Assembly (NCBI RefSeq): GCF_036365525.1
Contig: NC_090404.1
Location: forward strand, 9,300,001 to 9,364,000
Direction: 5' to 3'
DNA: 64,000 bases
From: Heterodontus francisci
Taxonomy: Eukaryota
The notes under the pieces were generated by a model. The model saw only the letters and a program-made list of their open reading frames with translations. It was not told the origin of the DNA and ran no database searches. Shown here one piece after another: positions 11,767-25,537 of the stretch. The position numbers were made by a program, and so were the translations under genes. Positions within the stretch are counted from its first letter, which is position 1. Each line of letters opens with the position of its first letter.

Positions 11767-13487
11767 AAGAAAGAACAAAGAACAAAGAACAAAGATAATT
11801 ACAGCACAGGAACAGGCCCTTCGGCCCTCCAAGCCTGCGCCGATCCAGATCCTCTCTCTAAACATGTCGCCTATTTTCTAAGGTTCTGTATCTCTTTTCT
11901 TCCTGCCCATTCATGTATCTGTCTAGATACATCTTAAAAGACTCCATCGTGCCCGCATCTACCACCTCCGCTGGCAATGCGTTCCAGGTGCCCACCACCC
12001 TCTGCGTAAAGAACTTTCCACGCATATCCCCCCTAAACTTTTCCCCTTTCACTTTGAACTCGTGTCCTCTAGTAATTGAAACCCCCACTCTGGGAAAAAG
12101 CCTCTTGCTATCCACCCTGTCTATACCTCTCATGATTTTGTACACCTCAATCAGGTCCCCCCTCAACCTCCGTCTTTCTAATGAAAATAATCCTAATCTA
12201 CTCAACCTCTCTTCATAGCTAGCGCCCTCCATACCAGGCAACATCCTGGTGAACCTCCTCTGCACCCTCTCCAAAGCGTCTACATCCTTTTGGTAATGTG
12301 GCGACCAGAACTGCACGCAGTATTCCAAATGTGGCCGAACCAAAGTCTTATACAACTGTAACATGACCTGCCAACCCTTGTATTCAATACCCCGTCCGAT
12401 GAAGGAAGGCATGCCGTATGCCTTCTTGACCACTCTATTGACCTGCATTGCCACCTTCAGGGAACATTGGACCTAAACACCCAAATCTCTCTGCACATCA
12501 ATTTTCCCCAGGACTTTTCCATTTACTGTATAGTTCACTCTTGAATTGGATCTTCCAAAATGCATCACCTCGCATTTGCCCTGATTGAACTCCATCTGCC
12601 ATTTCTCTGCCCAACTCTCCAATCTATCTATATTCTGCTGTATTCTCTGACAGTCCCCTTCACTATCTGCTACTCCACCAATCTTAGTGTCGTCTGCAAA
12701 CTTGCGAATCAGTCCACCTATACTTTCCTCCAAATCATTAATGTATATCACAAACAACAGTGGTCCCAGCACGGATCCCTGTGGAACACCACTGGTCACA
12801 CGTCTCCATTTTGAGAAACTCCCTTCTACTGCTACTCTCTGTCTCCTGTTGCCCAGCCAGTTCTTTATCCATCTAGCTAGTACACCTTGGACCCCAAGCG
12901 CCTTCACTTTCTCCATCAGCCTGCCATGGGGAACCTTATCAAACGCCTTACTGAAGTCCATGTATATGACATCGACAGCCCTTCCCTCATCAATCAACTT
13001 TGTCACTTCCTCAAAGAATTCTATTAAGTTGGTAAGACATGACCTTCCCTGCACAAAACCATGTTGCCTATCACTGATGAGCCCATTTTCTTCCAAATGG
13101 GAATAGATCCTATCCCTCAGTATCTTCCCCAGCAGCTTCCCTACCACTGACGTCAGGCTCACCGGTCTATAATTACCTGGATTATCCCTGCTACCCTTCT
13201 TAAACAAGGGGACAACATTAGCAATTCTCCAGTCCTCCGGGACCTCACCCGTGTTTAAGGATGCTGCAAAGATATCTGTTAAGGCCCCAGCTATTTCCTC
13301 TCTCGCTTCCCTCAGTAACCTGGGATAGATCCCATCCGGACCTGGGGACTTGTCCACCTTAATGCCCTTTAGAATACCCAACACTTCCTCCCTCCTTATG
13401 CCGACTTGACCTAGAGTAATCAAACATCTGTTCCTAACCTCAACATCCGTCATGTCCCTCTCCTCGGTGAATACCGATGCAAAGTAC
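11767..13487 (-). mobile_element. Young CR1 LINE (RT domain to 3' tail), nested
   Basis: KSPGPDGIYP..NYRPVSLTSV..YMDFSKAFDKV..GVPQGSVLGP..FADDTK; (AAAGAAC)n tail. Confidence 0.93.
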
Positions 13488-15199
13488 CTGTCCACAAGGC
13501 ACAAGTCAGGAGTGTATTGGAATACTCTGCACTTGCCTGAATGGGTGCATCTCCAACACCACTCGAGAAGCTCGACACCATCCAGGATAAAGCGGCCCGC
13601 TTGATTGGCACCTATCCACCTCCTTGAGCATTTAGGCCCCACAGCACCAAGGCACAGTGGCACAAGTGTGTACCATCTACAAGATGCACTGCAGCAACTT
13701 GCTAAGACTCCTTCGGCAGCACCACTGTTGCTTGGTCAAAATCCTGGAACTCCCTCCCTAAAAACTCTGTGGGTGTACCCGCACCAGATGGCCTGTCCAA
13801 ACTGCTAGCTCGCCACCTCCTTCGGGGCAGTTAGGGATGGGAAGCAAATGCTGCCCTGTCCTGAGACCATCACATCCCATGAAAGAATAAAAAAGACTGA
13901 GAGGGTGCTTTTGAGCGGAGAGAGTCTCTGAGCAGATTGGAGACCGAATCCGGGACATCACAGGAGGCGGTGACTGCTCATCAACCAAAGATGGATTGAA
14001 GCAAAGAAAGGGAATAAAGTAATTCTACTGGTCTCCGTGATAACAGGCGGATAATATATTTAACCCCTACAGTGTTAAATAACATTGAAGTTTTTTTTTA
14101 TATAACAGAAAGGGACAGACGTTTCAAATATCGCGCCATTCACGGCTTCAGAACGTTCAAAAGCATCTTGCAGCTAAAGAAGCATTTTGCAGGTGTAGTC
14201 GCTGTTCCAATGCAGGAAATATTATTTACGCAGAGTGAGGTGAGAATGTTTAATTGTCTGACAGAAAGTTTTGCCAATCTGACACTTGTGGAGGAGTAAG
14301 AGGATTTGGAAGTCCAGGAACTTTCCAGATTATTTCAATTTATGGTCAATAATGAAGCAACATCCGGTCACAAAACAATCGATGCAATTGTCTGCATATT
14401 TGTCTGTTTATGTATTATTAAGAACCATTTTGAACGGAAGAATTGTTGTCTTTCATCTTCGGGCGACAGTGGCATTAGATTAATGAAAAACAATGATTCC
14501 GACAGTTCACTGTCTCAGTCAACAATGCCATAAGACCTGTCATTTGCTCTCGCCGTTTGCGGTGTTATCACACAGGAATGTTTCCTGTAATCTCCAGCTG
14601 TCACCTGTGAAGCCAATAAACTGACGGCTCTGCAACTTTTGGGCAAAAATGAGGTGCTGGAGCGCCATCCAGTGGCGTCAGGTGGTAAATGGAATCCTGT
14701 CTGTGAAACATTTGGATTCTCAATTTATGAGTGAAACTGTTGCATGATCATGTTGAGCTGTTATTACGTTAGAGTACAATAGTTGTCATTGTTTTATTTT
14801 TATTATCACTGTGACTGCTGCGATTTTATTGTTTTACTGTTACTACCGTTAATATTTTGTGTTAATTCTGAGATTTCGTGTCTCAGTTTTCTGGTGTGCC
14901 CAAGTCACTAACACATTACATGTTCAATTGCATACATTAGACGGACTTTACGTTAATAATTGCTCAATTCATCTGCCTGGATTTTTAATGTCATAACAGT
15001 GGAAGACTTTCGACCTCTCAAATTATCAAATACGGAGATCAAGCAATATTCAGTAACTCTATGACACGAAAGTGATCAATATTTTGCTGTTGAGGTTTTA
15101 TCTGTATATTGGAACAAAACACACACACACACACGCGCACACTCACACACGCATATAAATATAAACCATCCCATTCGGGAGCATCATGAGTGAGGAAGC

Positions 15200-15600
15200 A
15201 AAGCTGCCTTTACACTGCCCCACCAAACACTCCCAGAGTAGGTACTATATGGGATAAATATTGAATAAAGATTCATATACACTGTTGTATCAAACACTCC
15301 CAGAGCAGGTACAGTATGGGTTAGATGTAGAGTAAAGACCCCTGTGCACTGCCCCATCAAACACTCCCAGAGCAGGTGCTATAGGGGATAAATATTGAAT
15401 AAAGATCCATATACACTGTTGTATCAAACACTCCCAGAGCAGGTGCCGTATGGGTTAGATACAGAGTAAAACTCCATTTACAATATCCCAGTAAACTCTC
15501 TGAGGGCAGGTACATCACGCGTTAGATACAGAGTAAATCTTTCTCTGCACTGTCCCAACAATCACTCCAGGGCAGTTACAGCACGAGATAATATACAGAG
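15200..15600. repeat. ~65-bp satellite-like tandem repeat, about 6 copies
   Basis: caaacactcccagagcaggt..gggttagatacagagtaaa repeated. Confidence 0.85.
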
Positions 15601-15851
15601 AGGTTCTGCCTGGATCGGACAGGACTATGCATGAAATTGCGAAAAATAAACGTATTTCCAACTAAACAGTACATATTAGTTTATTGCATTGAAAATAATT
15701 ACTTTGATGATGTAATTTACTCATTTAAATAACCTTATTGCTGATTTTGCTTGTTTCGCACTAGCTTCTGTGACCTGTGAACTGCTCCTCTCCTCTCACT
15801 CCATGCTGAGTGAGTTATTGTACAGGCTCCTCACATCTATGTTTCACCGTG

Positions 15852-16132
15852 TCTCACTGCACTGTAAAACACCGCAGCGTCTGACAGCCGAGCCGTGTTA
15901 ACGGTGAGAGTGGTGGTGCCTTTCTCACGGTCCACAGATATTTTAAACCTTCCCTCAACTTTCTCATCGCTGTATGTGGAGAGGAGATGTTGGGGAGCTT
16001 GATTGGAGAACTGCCGGTACCAGAATACAAGATCATTTCCAGCTAAAGTAGCGTTGTGATGAAGTGAAATGGTTTGTCCTTCGGTTCCTTGATGCATAGA
16101 TATCTGCAATGTCTCTGAGTGACAAAGAACAC
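15852..16132 (-). pseudogene. TRAV/DV: TCR V exon V3, open frame but both canonical Cys lost; possible leader 16548-16506
   Basis: VLCHSETLQ..ISLHHN..VFWYRQ..EGRF..DAAVFYSAVR; RSS cacggtg 15851-15845, 23-bp spacer, acaataact 15821-15813. Confidence 0.85.
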
Positions 16133-16749
16133 CTGTCAAAGCAAGAGCAAAAATTAACAGAATGATACATAAAAGGAGAATTAAATACAATGTGGTGGAT
16201 ACGGGCAAAATTGACTAATCTACACATTTCTCCATCGATCTATCTACTTATTTCTCTATCTATATATCGATATATCTATCTATTTATCTATCTATCCACC
16301 TAGCCATAGCGATCTTTCCATCTATAATATATTAATCTATCTCAGCCTTTCTCTTGCTCAATTTATCTATATATCTATCCGCCTAGCTGTATCTATCTCT
16401 CACGCTGTATATATTAATCAACCTTCCTCTGGCTCTTGTTGTATTAATCTATGTATCTATCTCTGTGTGTGTGATGCAGTGTTCCATGTCTGTCCATCTA
16501 TTTACTCTGTATGTTGTGCAACCAAACATAGAATATCTTAGTCAACATATTTCGATGTACTGTATTTGCAGTAACAGCTATAGAATGTTGAAACTTTATC
16601 TAGGTTGAAGTTTAAACACGGGCCTGTAACATTTCTGAATATCACCAGCATGTCTAAATGACTTGGTTTGGGGAAAGGTTAACTGTGCAGCGGAGACACG
16701 GCAGCAAACAAGATATTGTGCATCTGGATGTGCTCTTTGACTCACTGTG

Positions 16750-17177
16750 TCCCCACGGCACAGTGATATAGTCCCGCGTCCTGGGCCTCGGTGCCATCTA
16801 TAGAAATGGTGTTGGACTTCTTTACTCGGTCCAAGGACAGTGTGTAGCGTCCAGTAGTCTCAGTCCCCTGGTATATGGAGCTGATAAATGTCGGTGCCCC
16901 TTTCAATGTTTGTCTGTACCAGCCTACAGTATCCCGAGCAGCAATGGAGAGCCGGCAGTCCAGTTCAGCCCGTTCCCCTTCCCGAGAAACCACCTGCTCA
17001 GGGTGTGAGCTCTGATCCTCACACTGAACGGCTGTGAACAAAACAAAATCACTCAACAACCACAAGGTATTAAGAGATTGGTGAAACAAGGTGTCTGATC
17101 AGATAAATAAACTCACACAACATCAACAGCACCAGAACTCCAACTGGAACCCGGTTTTTGCGGAAGTTTCTGTTCAT
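16750..17177 (-). CDS. TRAV/DV: TCR V segment V4, apparently functional (leader 17177-17117, V exon 17031-16750)
   Basis: MNRNFRKNRVPVGVLVLLML then GTGAGT; ELDCRL..VGWYRQ..GRYTL..DAGLYHCAVG; RSS cacagtg 16749-16743, 23-bp spacer, acaatatct 16719-16711. Confidence 0.9.
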
Positions 17178-17619
17178 GACGGTGAAGATGGACAAAAGGC
17201 GGATCAATCAGGGTCTGATTTCCAGACTACAACTTTCTGCCGAGAGCCAGCCTCTCAATGGTGAGGAGGGGGAGGAGAGGGGAGAGCCTTACATTCTCCT
17301 CGTACAGTGTGAGACTGATGGGCGACATTCACCAATCGGACTATTATGGGCTGTTGTCACCTGACATTATTCACTGAGACTCTCAGTGATTGGCTGTTTC
17401 TCACAACAACAAAAAACTCTTGAACCGTCACAGGGAAGGAATTTCTCTTCTTGCTCTGAGTAGTGACTCATTAAATGATTCGGGAAGATTTAATCTTTGT
17501 TTATTTCTATCCCAAATGTTCAGCGCGGTCTGAAATCATAGAATTTTACAGTATTGTTCCAAACCTTATTTATCTGAATCCCTCAGTTTTTCTCCTTCTT
17601 TACTCCTTTAAAAGAGTAA

Positions 17620-19280
17620 TAACTGCATATTGGGTCCTAGTTATGCCTGTCCTTTTGTGGGATATGTTGAACATTCCTTGTTCCAGTTCTACTGAGGCTT
17701 CCTCCCTCACCTGTTTTTCCGGTACACTGATGACTGTATCGGTGCCGTTTCCTTCTCCCACCCCGAATTGGAAAACTTCATCAACTTTGTTTCCAATTTC
17801 CACCCTTCTCTTTCCTTTGCATGGTCTATTTCCGACACTTCCCTTCCCTTCCTCGAGTTCTCTGTCTCCATCTCTGGGGATAGGCTGTCTACTAATATTC
17901 ATTATAGGCCCACCGACTCCCATAACTACCCTGACTATATTTCCTCACACCCTGTTTCCTGTAAGGACACCATCAGATTCTCCCAGTTTCTCTATCTCTG
18001 ACTCATCTGTTCTGATGATGCAACCTTCCACAACAACGCTTCTGACGTGTCTTCCTTTTTCCTGAACCGAGGATTCCCCCCCCCCCCCACCCCCACCCCT
18101 CACCCCCACCCCAGCAACCCCCCAATGTGGTTGACAGGGCCCTCAACCGTGTCCATCCCATTTCCCGCACTTCTATCCTCACCCCTTTCCCTCCCTCCCA
18201 GAACCGTGATAGGGTTCCCCTTGTCCTCACCTTCCACCCCACCAGCCTCTACATCCAAAGGATCATCCTCCGCCATTTCGGCCACCCCCAGCGTGATGTC
18301 ACTACCAAATGCATCTTCCCCTCCCCTCCCCTGTCAGCATTGCGAAGGGATCATTCCCTCCACGACACCCTAGTCCGCTCCTCAATCACCCTTGACACAT
18401 CGCCCCATTCCACTGGCACCTTCCCACGTAATCACAGGAGGTGCAATACCTGCCCATTTTCCTCCTCTCTCTTCACCATCCAAGACCCCAAACACTCCTT
18501 CCAGGTGAAGTAGCGATTTAGTTGTACTTCAATTTAGTGTACTGCATTCGCTGCTCACAATGTGGTCGCTTCTATATTGGGGAGAACAAACGCAGATTGG
18601 GTGACCACTTTGCAGAAGACCTCCACTCAGGCCGAAAGCATGACCCCGAGCTTCCGGTCGCTTGCCATTTTAACACGCCCTCGCAACCCCACCCCTGCAT
18701 TCATGTCAACATTTCTGTCTTTGGCCTGCTCCAGTGTTCCAGTGAACATCAACGCAAGCTCGAGGAGCAGCACCTGATCTTTCGGTAAGGCACTCTACAG
18801 CCTTGCGGACTGAACATTGAGTTCAATAACGTCAGAAAATGACTGGCCTTTTCTTTATATATTTATATTTTTTTATTTTATTTTATTTTTCAACCAAGTG
18901 CCTGTTTTCTTGTTATTCTGCTATTAACAGTCTCTCTGGACTAATGCTTTGTCTTTCACCACAAGCATTAACACAATCTTTGCTTTGTCCCAGGTCAGCT
19001 TTGCTATGTAATCTCTCCTGTTTTCTGCCCTATCAAACACCTCCCCTTATGCTCCCTTCCCCGCCCCCCGCACCCCCTCCCTCCCCACCCCCCCTCCCCA
19101 TCCCCTTCAGTTGCTTAAAACCTAATTCTTTGCTAACCTTTGCCAGTTCTGATGAAGAGTCACGGACCTGAAACGTTAACTCTGCTTCTCTCTCCACAGA
19201 TGATGCCTGACCTGCGGGGTATTTCCAGCACTTACCTTTTTTATTTCAGATTTCCAGAATCTGCAGTATTTTGCTTTTAT
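17620..19280 (+). mobile_element. Penelope-like retroelement (RT C-terminus plus GIY-YIG endonuclease), degenerate
   Basis: LENFINFVSNFHPSL..LPFLE..IHYRPTD; NLVYCIRCSQCGRFYIGENKRRLGDHFAE. Confidence 0.88.
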
Positions 19281-19689
19281 TAACTTTATATTGCCTTCCC
19301 TTATTTGTCCACTTTATATTTAACGTGATTTCCCTATGGTATTTGGTCAGTAGGAATTTATTGTACAAAACAAACAGAAACGGCAATTTCTGGTTTTCCT
19401 TTAAATTCCACATCAATGTCGAATCTCCAGAACGAACAGGCGCACTGCCTGGTGGTGGTGTAGTCTTACTGCGTGTTCGTCAAATTTAGCCAACAATATA
19501 TTCGCTCCTGAAATCACCTGCAATTATTCTACTTATTTTACCCTGGAGAGATGTTTATTGCGGGGAAAATATAACTCACCACTGAGGTTAGTATTGTAGT
19601 AACTTCCATTTACATTTATTTTATCTGAACTGGCGCTACATAATAAGACCAAAAAAACAAAGAATGTTACACCAATTTATTTTAACCTC

Positions 19690-19880
19690 ATATAATAAAA
19701 GCAAAATGCTGCGGATGCTAGAAATCTTAAATAAAAAGAGAAAGTGCTGGAAATACTCAGTAAGTCTGGCAGCATCTGTGGAGAGAGAAGCAGAGGTCGC
19801 AGAAACGTTAACTATGTTTCTGTCTCCACAGATGCTGCCAGACCTGCTGTGTATTTCCAGCACATTCTGTCTTTATTTTA
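19690..19880. mobile_element. PLE-derived palindromic element
   Basis: tctggcagcatctgtggaga followed by the inverted tctccacagatgctgccaga. Confidence 0.7.
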
Positions 19881-20019
19881 AACTCGTTCTCGGGCTGTTG
19901 CTGCCGCTGGCAACACTGACATTAACTGGCCATCCATAACTACCCGTGATGTCTAGCTAAATCTCCTTAATGAGTTTTTAACAATGCAATCTATTATATT
20001 TTATGTGTCCTGGTGAAAT

Positions 20020-20492
20020 CACAACAACACTCAGGAAGCTCGACACCATCCGGGATAAAGCAACCCGCTTGATTGGCACCCCATCCACAAACATTCACTC
20101 CCTCCACCACCGACGCACCGTGGCAGCAGTGTGTACCATCTACAAGATCCACTGTAGAAACGCACTAAGCCTCCTTAGACAGCACCTCCCAAACACGCGA
20201 CCTCAACCAACTAGAAGGACAAGGGCAGCAAATGCATAGGAACACCACCACCTGCAAGTTCCCCTCCAAAACACACACCATCCTGACTTGGAACTATATC
20301 GCCATTTCTTCACTGTCGCTGGGTCAAAATCCTGGAACTCCCTTCTTAACAGCACTGTGGGTGTACCTACCCTACATGCACTGCAGCGGTTCAAGAAGGC
20401 AGCTCACCACCACCTTCTCAAGGGCAATTAGGGATGGGCAATAAATGCTGGCCTGGCCAGCGACGTCCACGTTCCAGGAATGAATAAAAAAA
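20020..20492 (+). mobile_element. CR1/L2-group LINE 3' end
   Basis: TTLRKLDTIRDKATRLIG..; tail gggcaattagggatgggcaataaatgctggcc..gaatgaataaaa. Confidence 0.85.
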
Positions 20493-20749
20493 TATATGTT
20501 TGGTGAGGTAACCCCACAAGATACTCTGGAATTCCTACAAATGTGTTCACCCAAAGTAGTGGCACCATTAACATTCAGATCTTTGTTAGATGACACTATA
20601 CGACAATATTGCAAATCTTATTTTTTTAACTGTAAACGGAGACTTGAGGTGGTGAGGATGAAAAGTACTGAACAGATTGAGAAGTATTCCAGTTATTGTA
20701 CAGGATGTTTCACGCTTTGTGCATCCTCCCATCCCCAATACACCCTCTG

Positions 20750-21125
20750 ACTGAAGCCGCGGTTTCCCGCCCACCGTGAGTATTATAACTCCTCTTTCTG
20801 TTAAGAAACACTCCGAGCCATCCGCTCATATCGGTTGTTCTGCCCTGACAGAGGAAGATTATAAATTGCGGCTCCCGGTCCGGTAACTGATGGTACCACA
20901 CCATCCAAGCATTGTGTCTGGTGGCGGCAGTGCACCGGATTTGAACCGCTTGTCCCTGAACTGCAGTCACCTGCTCGGTGTGGGACATCCCGTCCTCACC
21001 ACGGACCCTGTTAATGCAAGACAAAGATGCAAATCTTTCAATAGCTTTATTTTCATGCCCAGTCTCCTAAGTTCAGAACAGCCACATGAGAATAAGAAGG
21101 TCAATGTCCCAACTGGACGCACCGT
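20750..21125 (-). pseudogene. TRAV/DV: TCR V pseudogene V5 (degenerate leader, frameshift, no 3' end or RSS)
   Basis: EQVTAVQGQAVQIRCTA..MVWYHQLPDREPQFII; homologous with its upstream region to 39480-39830. Confidence 0.8.
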
Positions 21126-22274
21126 ATTTCAGGATATTGGTTTTGAAATCACAGTAATATCAATTGTCTCAGAAGCTGCTCGTATTGTTGATCAATTCGA
21201 TAATCGATATTTTAATTTGCCAGCGCCTCAACATCTAATAGTCAGACGGCTGACGTGTTTCTCACTCACAGACCCGAAATTCACTCTGCTTGGACTTGGT
21301 AAATCTTAAAGCGATTGGTATCTATTCACTCTGGCGTGGTAGTCATTTCCTCACAATGTGTCCGAAGCCAACCTTTCACCCTCTTGGACTCTGTGCTGAA
21401 ATCTGACACAGACAAAGTGGACGGATGCCTCCTTTTCTGGTGGGGGTGACGAGCGTGAAAAGTGTGTCAGAACGTTTAACCTATTAGGCACCCGGGGCTA
21501 GCGAATACAAGAGAGAAATGAGCCTTAGCGGTCCCATCGAATAGGTTCACCCACCCGAGGGGAAAAACACAAACAAATGTAGCTGATGGAACATAATAGA
21601 AACGTGTAAAATATTGCACACAAGAAAGGAAATGGAGAACATATAGACCTCCTGAGTGGTGTTGGGATAGCTACAGATGAATTTGAAAGAGAGCTGAGAG
21701 TCTAGAGAACTCACATTTACAGGAATGCAGTGGGGAACATGTCGGATATTCGCCAGAGTCAGGGGTCTGTTTGTCGGGGATGTTCACATTGACAGGGGAA
21801 AATAGAAGTTTTGTAGCGTTCAGCTGTGCGGTCACAAACAATACAAATGAGAGGAGATTACTTCAAGAATAATGTACCCATTCAAAATGATATCAATCCA
21901 CTTCTCTATAAGAGCCGTGTTACTCCCTTGCTGGGAATAGGATTTGTAGTGAAATTGTTTAGCTACAAATACCTTCACCGCTCAGCTGGGTTACGCTATC
22001 GGGGTGAAAGTAGATGTTGGATGACATAGAAAAATTCCAACCCATTCTGAATTGTAATTCTCAATGGCAAATGTTTTTATTTTGAAATTGTCAGCATAAC
22101 GTGACCAGCTCATTTGCGGTCAGGCAATGGGTGAAATTTTTATAGTGTTAGTGAAGATATAATATTAATTAACATAAATCTAAGAGTTGAAAAATAATCT
22201 CTTGTAAATTTATACTAATGTTCGTCAGTATTCGTGGAGGTAATGAGACCTGTGGTGGGTCACAGCGGTTTGTC

Positions 22275-22289
22275 GGCGCCACCTGGTGG
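22275..22289 (-). promoter_or_regulatory. CTCF-binding motif
   Basis: CCACCAGGTGGCGCC, about 315 bp upstream of the V6 leader. Confidence 0.7.
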
Positions 22290-22604
22290 TCGGATTTAAA
22301 GATTCCTCTTTGAGCGGGTCTCACAGACGTTGCTCACTATTTGTGTTCTCTCTGTTTCCATTTCTGGGTTTGATTCAGGGTGACGCGCTGATGCTCTGAC
22401 GCATGAGTTTTCCTCCCACCCTATATCAATGGTGAGCCTAAACCTCCCTCACTCTTCACTTTGTGATCACAAGTGCCAGAGACCTTCGGACACAGTGTCC
22501 TGGTGTCGGGTTCACTTTGATACAAAACAGTGCTGCCTTCTCCGGGAGCCTCTCTCCGCCTGGATCTTCCGACAGTTACTTTACACCAGTGGATAGGATC
22601 CGAC

Positions 22605-23074
22605 ATGAAGCTGAGGTTCACTTTAGTTATTATCTCCCTGGATTTCTTACTCTGCCCGCCGTGTGAGTGCGGTCACTATCTCTGTCAGGAATATTCTGCA
22701 CATTTATATATATAATATATATTGTATTCTGTTCTGTTGCATTTTATTGCGTTATGTTATATTGTATTGTGTTATACGAATTATATATTATATCTCTATA
22801 TTCAGATGCCGCTGGTAGTGAAGAGGTATCACAGTCTCCTGAGTCAGTGGTTGTTACCAAGGGAGACACTGCATCGTTGACCTGTTCCACCACAGTAGCA
22901 CGGATCCTACATTGTTACAGACAATACCAGGACCGAACCGTGCAGCACCTGGCGAGCGGTACCAGTGATCAGAACAGGATCATGGCTCGGTTTATTTTAG
23001 CAGAGAAGCGCAGCTCCCTGGCTGTTAGTGACACTCGAGTGACAGGCACCGCCACCTATTTCAGTGCATTGAGA
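22605..23074 (+). pseudogene. TRAV/DV: TCR V segment V6, ORF with Trp41>Cys and Cys104>Ser (leader 22605-22662, exon 22806-23074)
   Basis: Intact splice sites; EEVSQSPESVVV..LTCS..LHCYRQ..TATYFSALR; RSS cacagtg 23075-23081, 23-bp spacer, acaaaaatc 23105-23113. Confidence 0.85.
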
Positions 23075-23215
23075 CACAGTGTAGCAATGATCAGCAGGGG
23101 GCGTACAAAAATCTGCCGGGGCTGGTCCTGACCGTGCATGGCCTGTGCAGTTAACAGAGCGCTGGAAGTTTTATAACACTATCCTTATTTTCCGTCGAAC
23201 TTTAAACGAGCCCCC

Positions 23216-23600
23216 ATGCGTTCCACGTATTCTTTACTCATAATAATGACCGTGCTGCTCGGTGAGTCTATGTCTAAATGGTCACTGTCTGTAAAATGCG
23301 TCACATTCAAACCCAGACTTAGACACATTCTCTGTTTGGTTATATGAGCAAATGGCGCAGACTCAGTGTCCCAGAATCCGTCTGAGTTAACGGTTCAGGG
23401 AAAACATTCTGTAATATGCAGCTACAGTTATTTCACAGCTGACAGCGTTCTCTACCTCTATCGGTGCATCAATATTCCGGGTGGGTTCTGAGATATTTAC
23501 TGAGGAGGTAGAACTCGGGGCATGTAAATAATTCTCCAGATTTCCCAGACCAGTTCTCTTTTGATTTGGACAAGGGTAAAGACAGCAATACAACTATTTG
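23216..23600 (+). pseudogene. TRAV/DV: TCR V pseudogene V7 (leader 23216-23261 MRSTYSLLIIMTVLL; 3'-truncated)
   Basis: DSVSQNPSELTVQ.. paralogous to 53025-53319; frameshifts, no RSS. Confidence 0.8.
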
Positions 23601-23741
23601 ATCTATAAACCTGGAAGTCTCATTCTCCCTGAGTCCGGAATCAAACTAACCCGCCGAAAATGGCACCAAAGAACACTTAACGAAGCTGTAAATACTCTCT
23701 GAGGTTTTTGTACAGGGTAATGGCTTTTATCTGACGCTGTG

Positions 23742-24270
23742 CCTCACTGCACAGTAATATAGCGCCCCGTCCTCCACACTCAGGTCACTTATATTGAGAT
23801 AACCGCTCCTTTTAGACTTATCAGCAGCCGCTAGATATTGTCCTGAGATTTCGTTTTCCTTCAGTGCAACTACTTTGCTAATAATCCAGCGTGGAGGCTG
23901 TGCCGGTTTCTGCCGATACCATTGCATGTATTGAATATTCAGGATTGTATATTCGCAATCTAACTGCACCGAACCCCCTTCTGACACGGTTATTTTCGCC
24001 GGAGACTGAGTTACTGGATCTGCACATCGTCCGCCTGTGAACGTAGAGGAATAAAGAACAGGAGGTTAAAGAGGATCGGTGTAAAATTTTGTCTATCTGT
24101 GTATGTATGTGTAATCTTCCATCTACCCGGCTGTCCATAATATGGATCTTTCTGATAGCAAATTACATTAAATCCGAGAACAAATTCTCATCAGAAATCT
24201 GACAATCTGCCTTATTTAAGCTAATCCAGTACTTACTGTCCAACACAGCCGCCAGTATTATCAGAAACAT
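23742..24270 (-). CDS. TRAV/DV: TCR V segment V8, apparently functional (leader 24270-24237, exon 24034-23742)
   Basis: MFLIILAAVLD then GTAAGT; DPVTQSP..LDCEY..MQWYRQKP..EDGALYYCAVR; RSS cacagcg 23741-23735, 23-bp spacer, acaaaaacc 23711-23703. Confidence 0.92.
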
Positions 24271-24459
24271 GTCTGACTGAATCCCTCGCAGTGAATGGGA
24301 ATGGAATGAGCCAGAGATTGAGAAGGGGAGTGAGGTAACCCGGTGCCTGTTCAACACATTGTTCCACCCACACACTGCAGGGGACGGCCCCATTGTGACC
24401 TCACTCCTTTTTGCCCTTTGCTGGCATCACGTGACTTTCTAATCTCCATGCTCGAGTTT

Positions 24460-24474
24460 TGCGCCCTCTGCTGG
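24460..24474 (-). promoter_or_regulatory. CTCF-binding motif
   Basis: CCAGCAGAGGGCGCA upstream of V8; paralogous motif at 57157-57171 upstream of V18. Confidence 0.7.
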
Positions 24475-24629
24475 CGGATTCTTTTCAATCCGGTCGAGAA
24501 TCGGGTTATTGAGTGAATTCAGTTGATATTGATTTACATATTAAAACACGAATGCCAGACATTGCCTCCCAGAAAGCTAAATTGGAGCTGATTAGACCCA
24601 TTCGTTATTGTTATTGATATTGATGCCCG

Positions 24630-25190
24630 AAAGTGATGTTTAACCTTTCTAAATCACTGTTTAGACATCAGTTAGGGTTCTGTGTCCAATTCTGGGCACC
24701 ACTATCTAGAAAGAATGTCAAGACATGGGAGAAAGTGCGGAGGAGATACACCAGAATGGTACCAGGAATGAAGGACTTTTATGTGAACAGACTAGAGAAA
24801 CTGGGATTATTCTCCTTATATCAAAGAAGTTCAAAATGATAAGCATTTTTATAGAATTGATCACACATAACTATTTCCACTAAGAAGGAAATTTGGATAA
24901 CCCAGCACCTGGATTTACGAGAATTGATTAGAAAAAAGACAAGGAAAGATCAGATTTAGTTATCACACTGTGATCTGTTAAAATAGGGAATGCGCTGCCT
25001 TAAAGGGCGGCAGAAGAAGATTCAATAGGAACTTTCAAAACGGAAATGTATATAACTTAAAAAGGAAAAAAAAAAGATGCGCTTTGTTGAAAACGCAGGG
25101 AGTGAAAGATGAATTGGAGAGCTCCTTCAAAGAGTCACAGGTAATATAGGCCGAATGGCCTCATTCCGTGCTCTAAGCTTCTATTATTCC
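24630..25190 (+). mobile_element. Old CR1 3' fragment
   Basis: CVQFWAP..RRYTRMVPGM..RLEKLGLFSL. Confidence 0.75.
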
Positions 25191-25537
25191 AGTCCCTTCA
25201 TGTCCCTCCCACTCTATTTGTTGTCGGTCAATTGTAAGTGAGCTGGTGCAGGATGGCCACAGACTTCTGGAGATTCAACCGTCGCTATTTCCGCTCCATC
25301 AGTTCCGAGTGCAGCTGAGTGTCGCCGCACATTTCGTTCAATTTTGAGGCTGCGGTATCCCCGCCCACAGCTTCCGTTTGCTGCTCTCGCTCTGACCCGA
25401 TTGTGTTATTGGACAGATTGCTGCCGCTGGTCTATTCTTGTCATTGGTTGGATCAGCAGTGCAGTGGGACGGGGATCTGTATTTCTGCACCGACAGAGAA
25501 TTTCCTGCACTGCAGAGTTACAGGTTCAGGGAGCATC

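Larger units (their letters stand above)
9390..13895 (+). mobile_element. CR1/L2-group LINE acting as host for two nested insertions
   Basis: MWKIAQVCPVHKKQD..NYRP; the sequence resumes at 11305 and 13488; 3' tail at about 13830-13895. Confidence 0.85.

Noticed and set aside
12473-13663. 396-aa ORF as a host gene
   Set aside because: It is CR1 reverse transcriptase, and its N-terminus is read-through from the flanking LINE antisense strand
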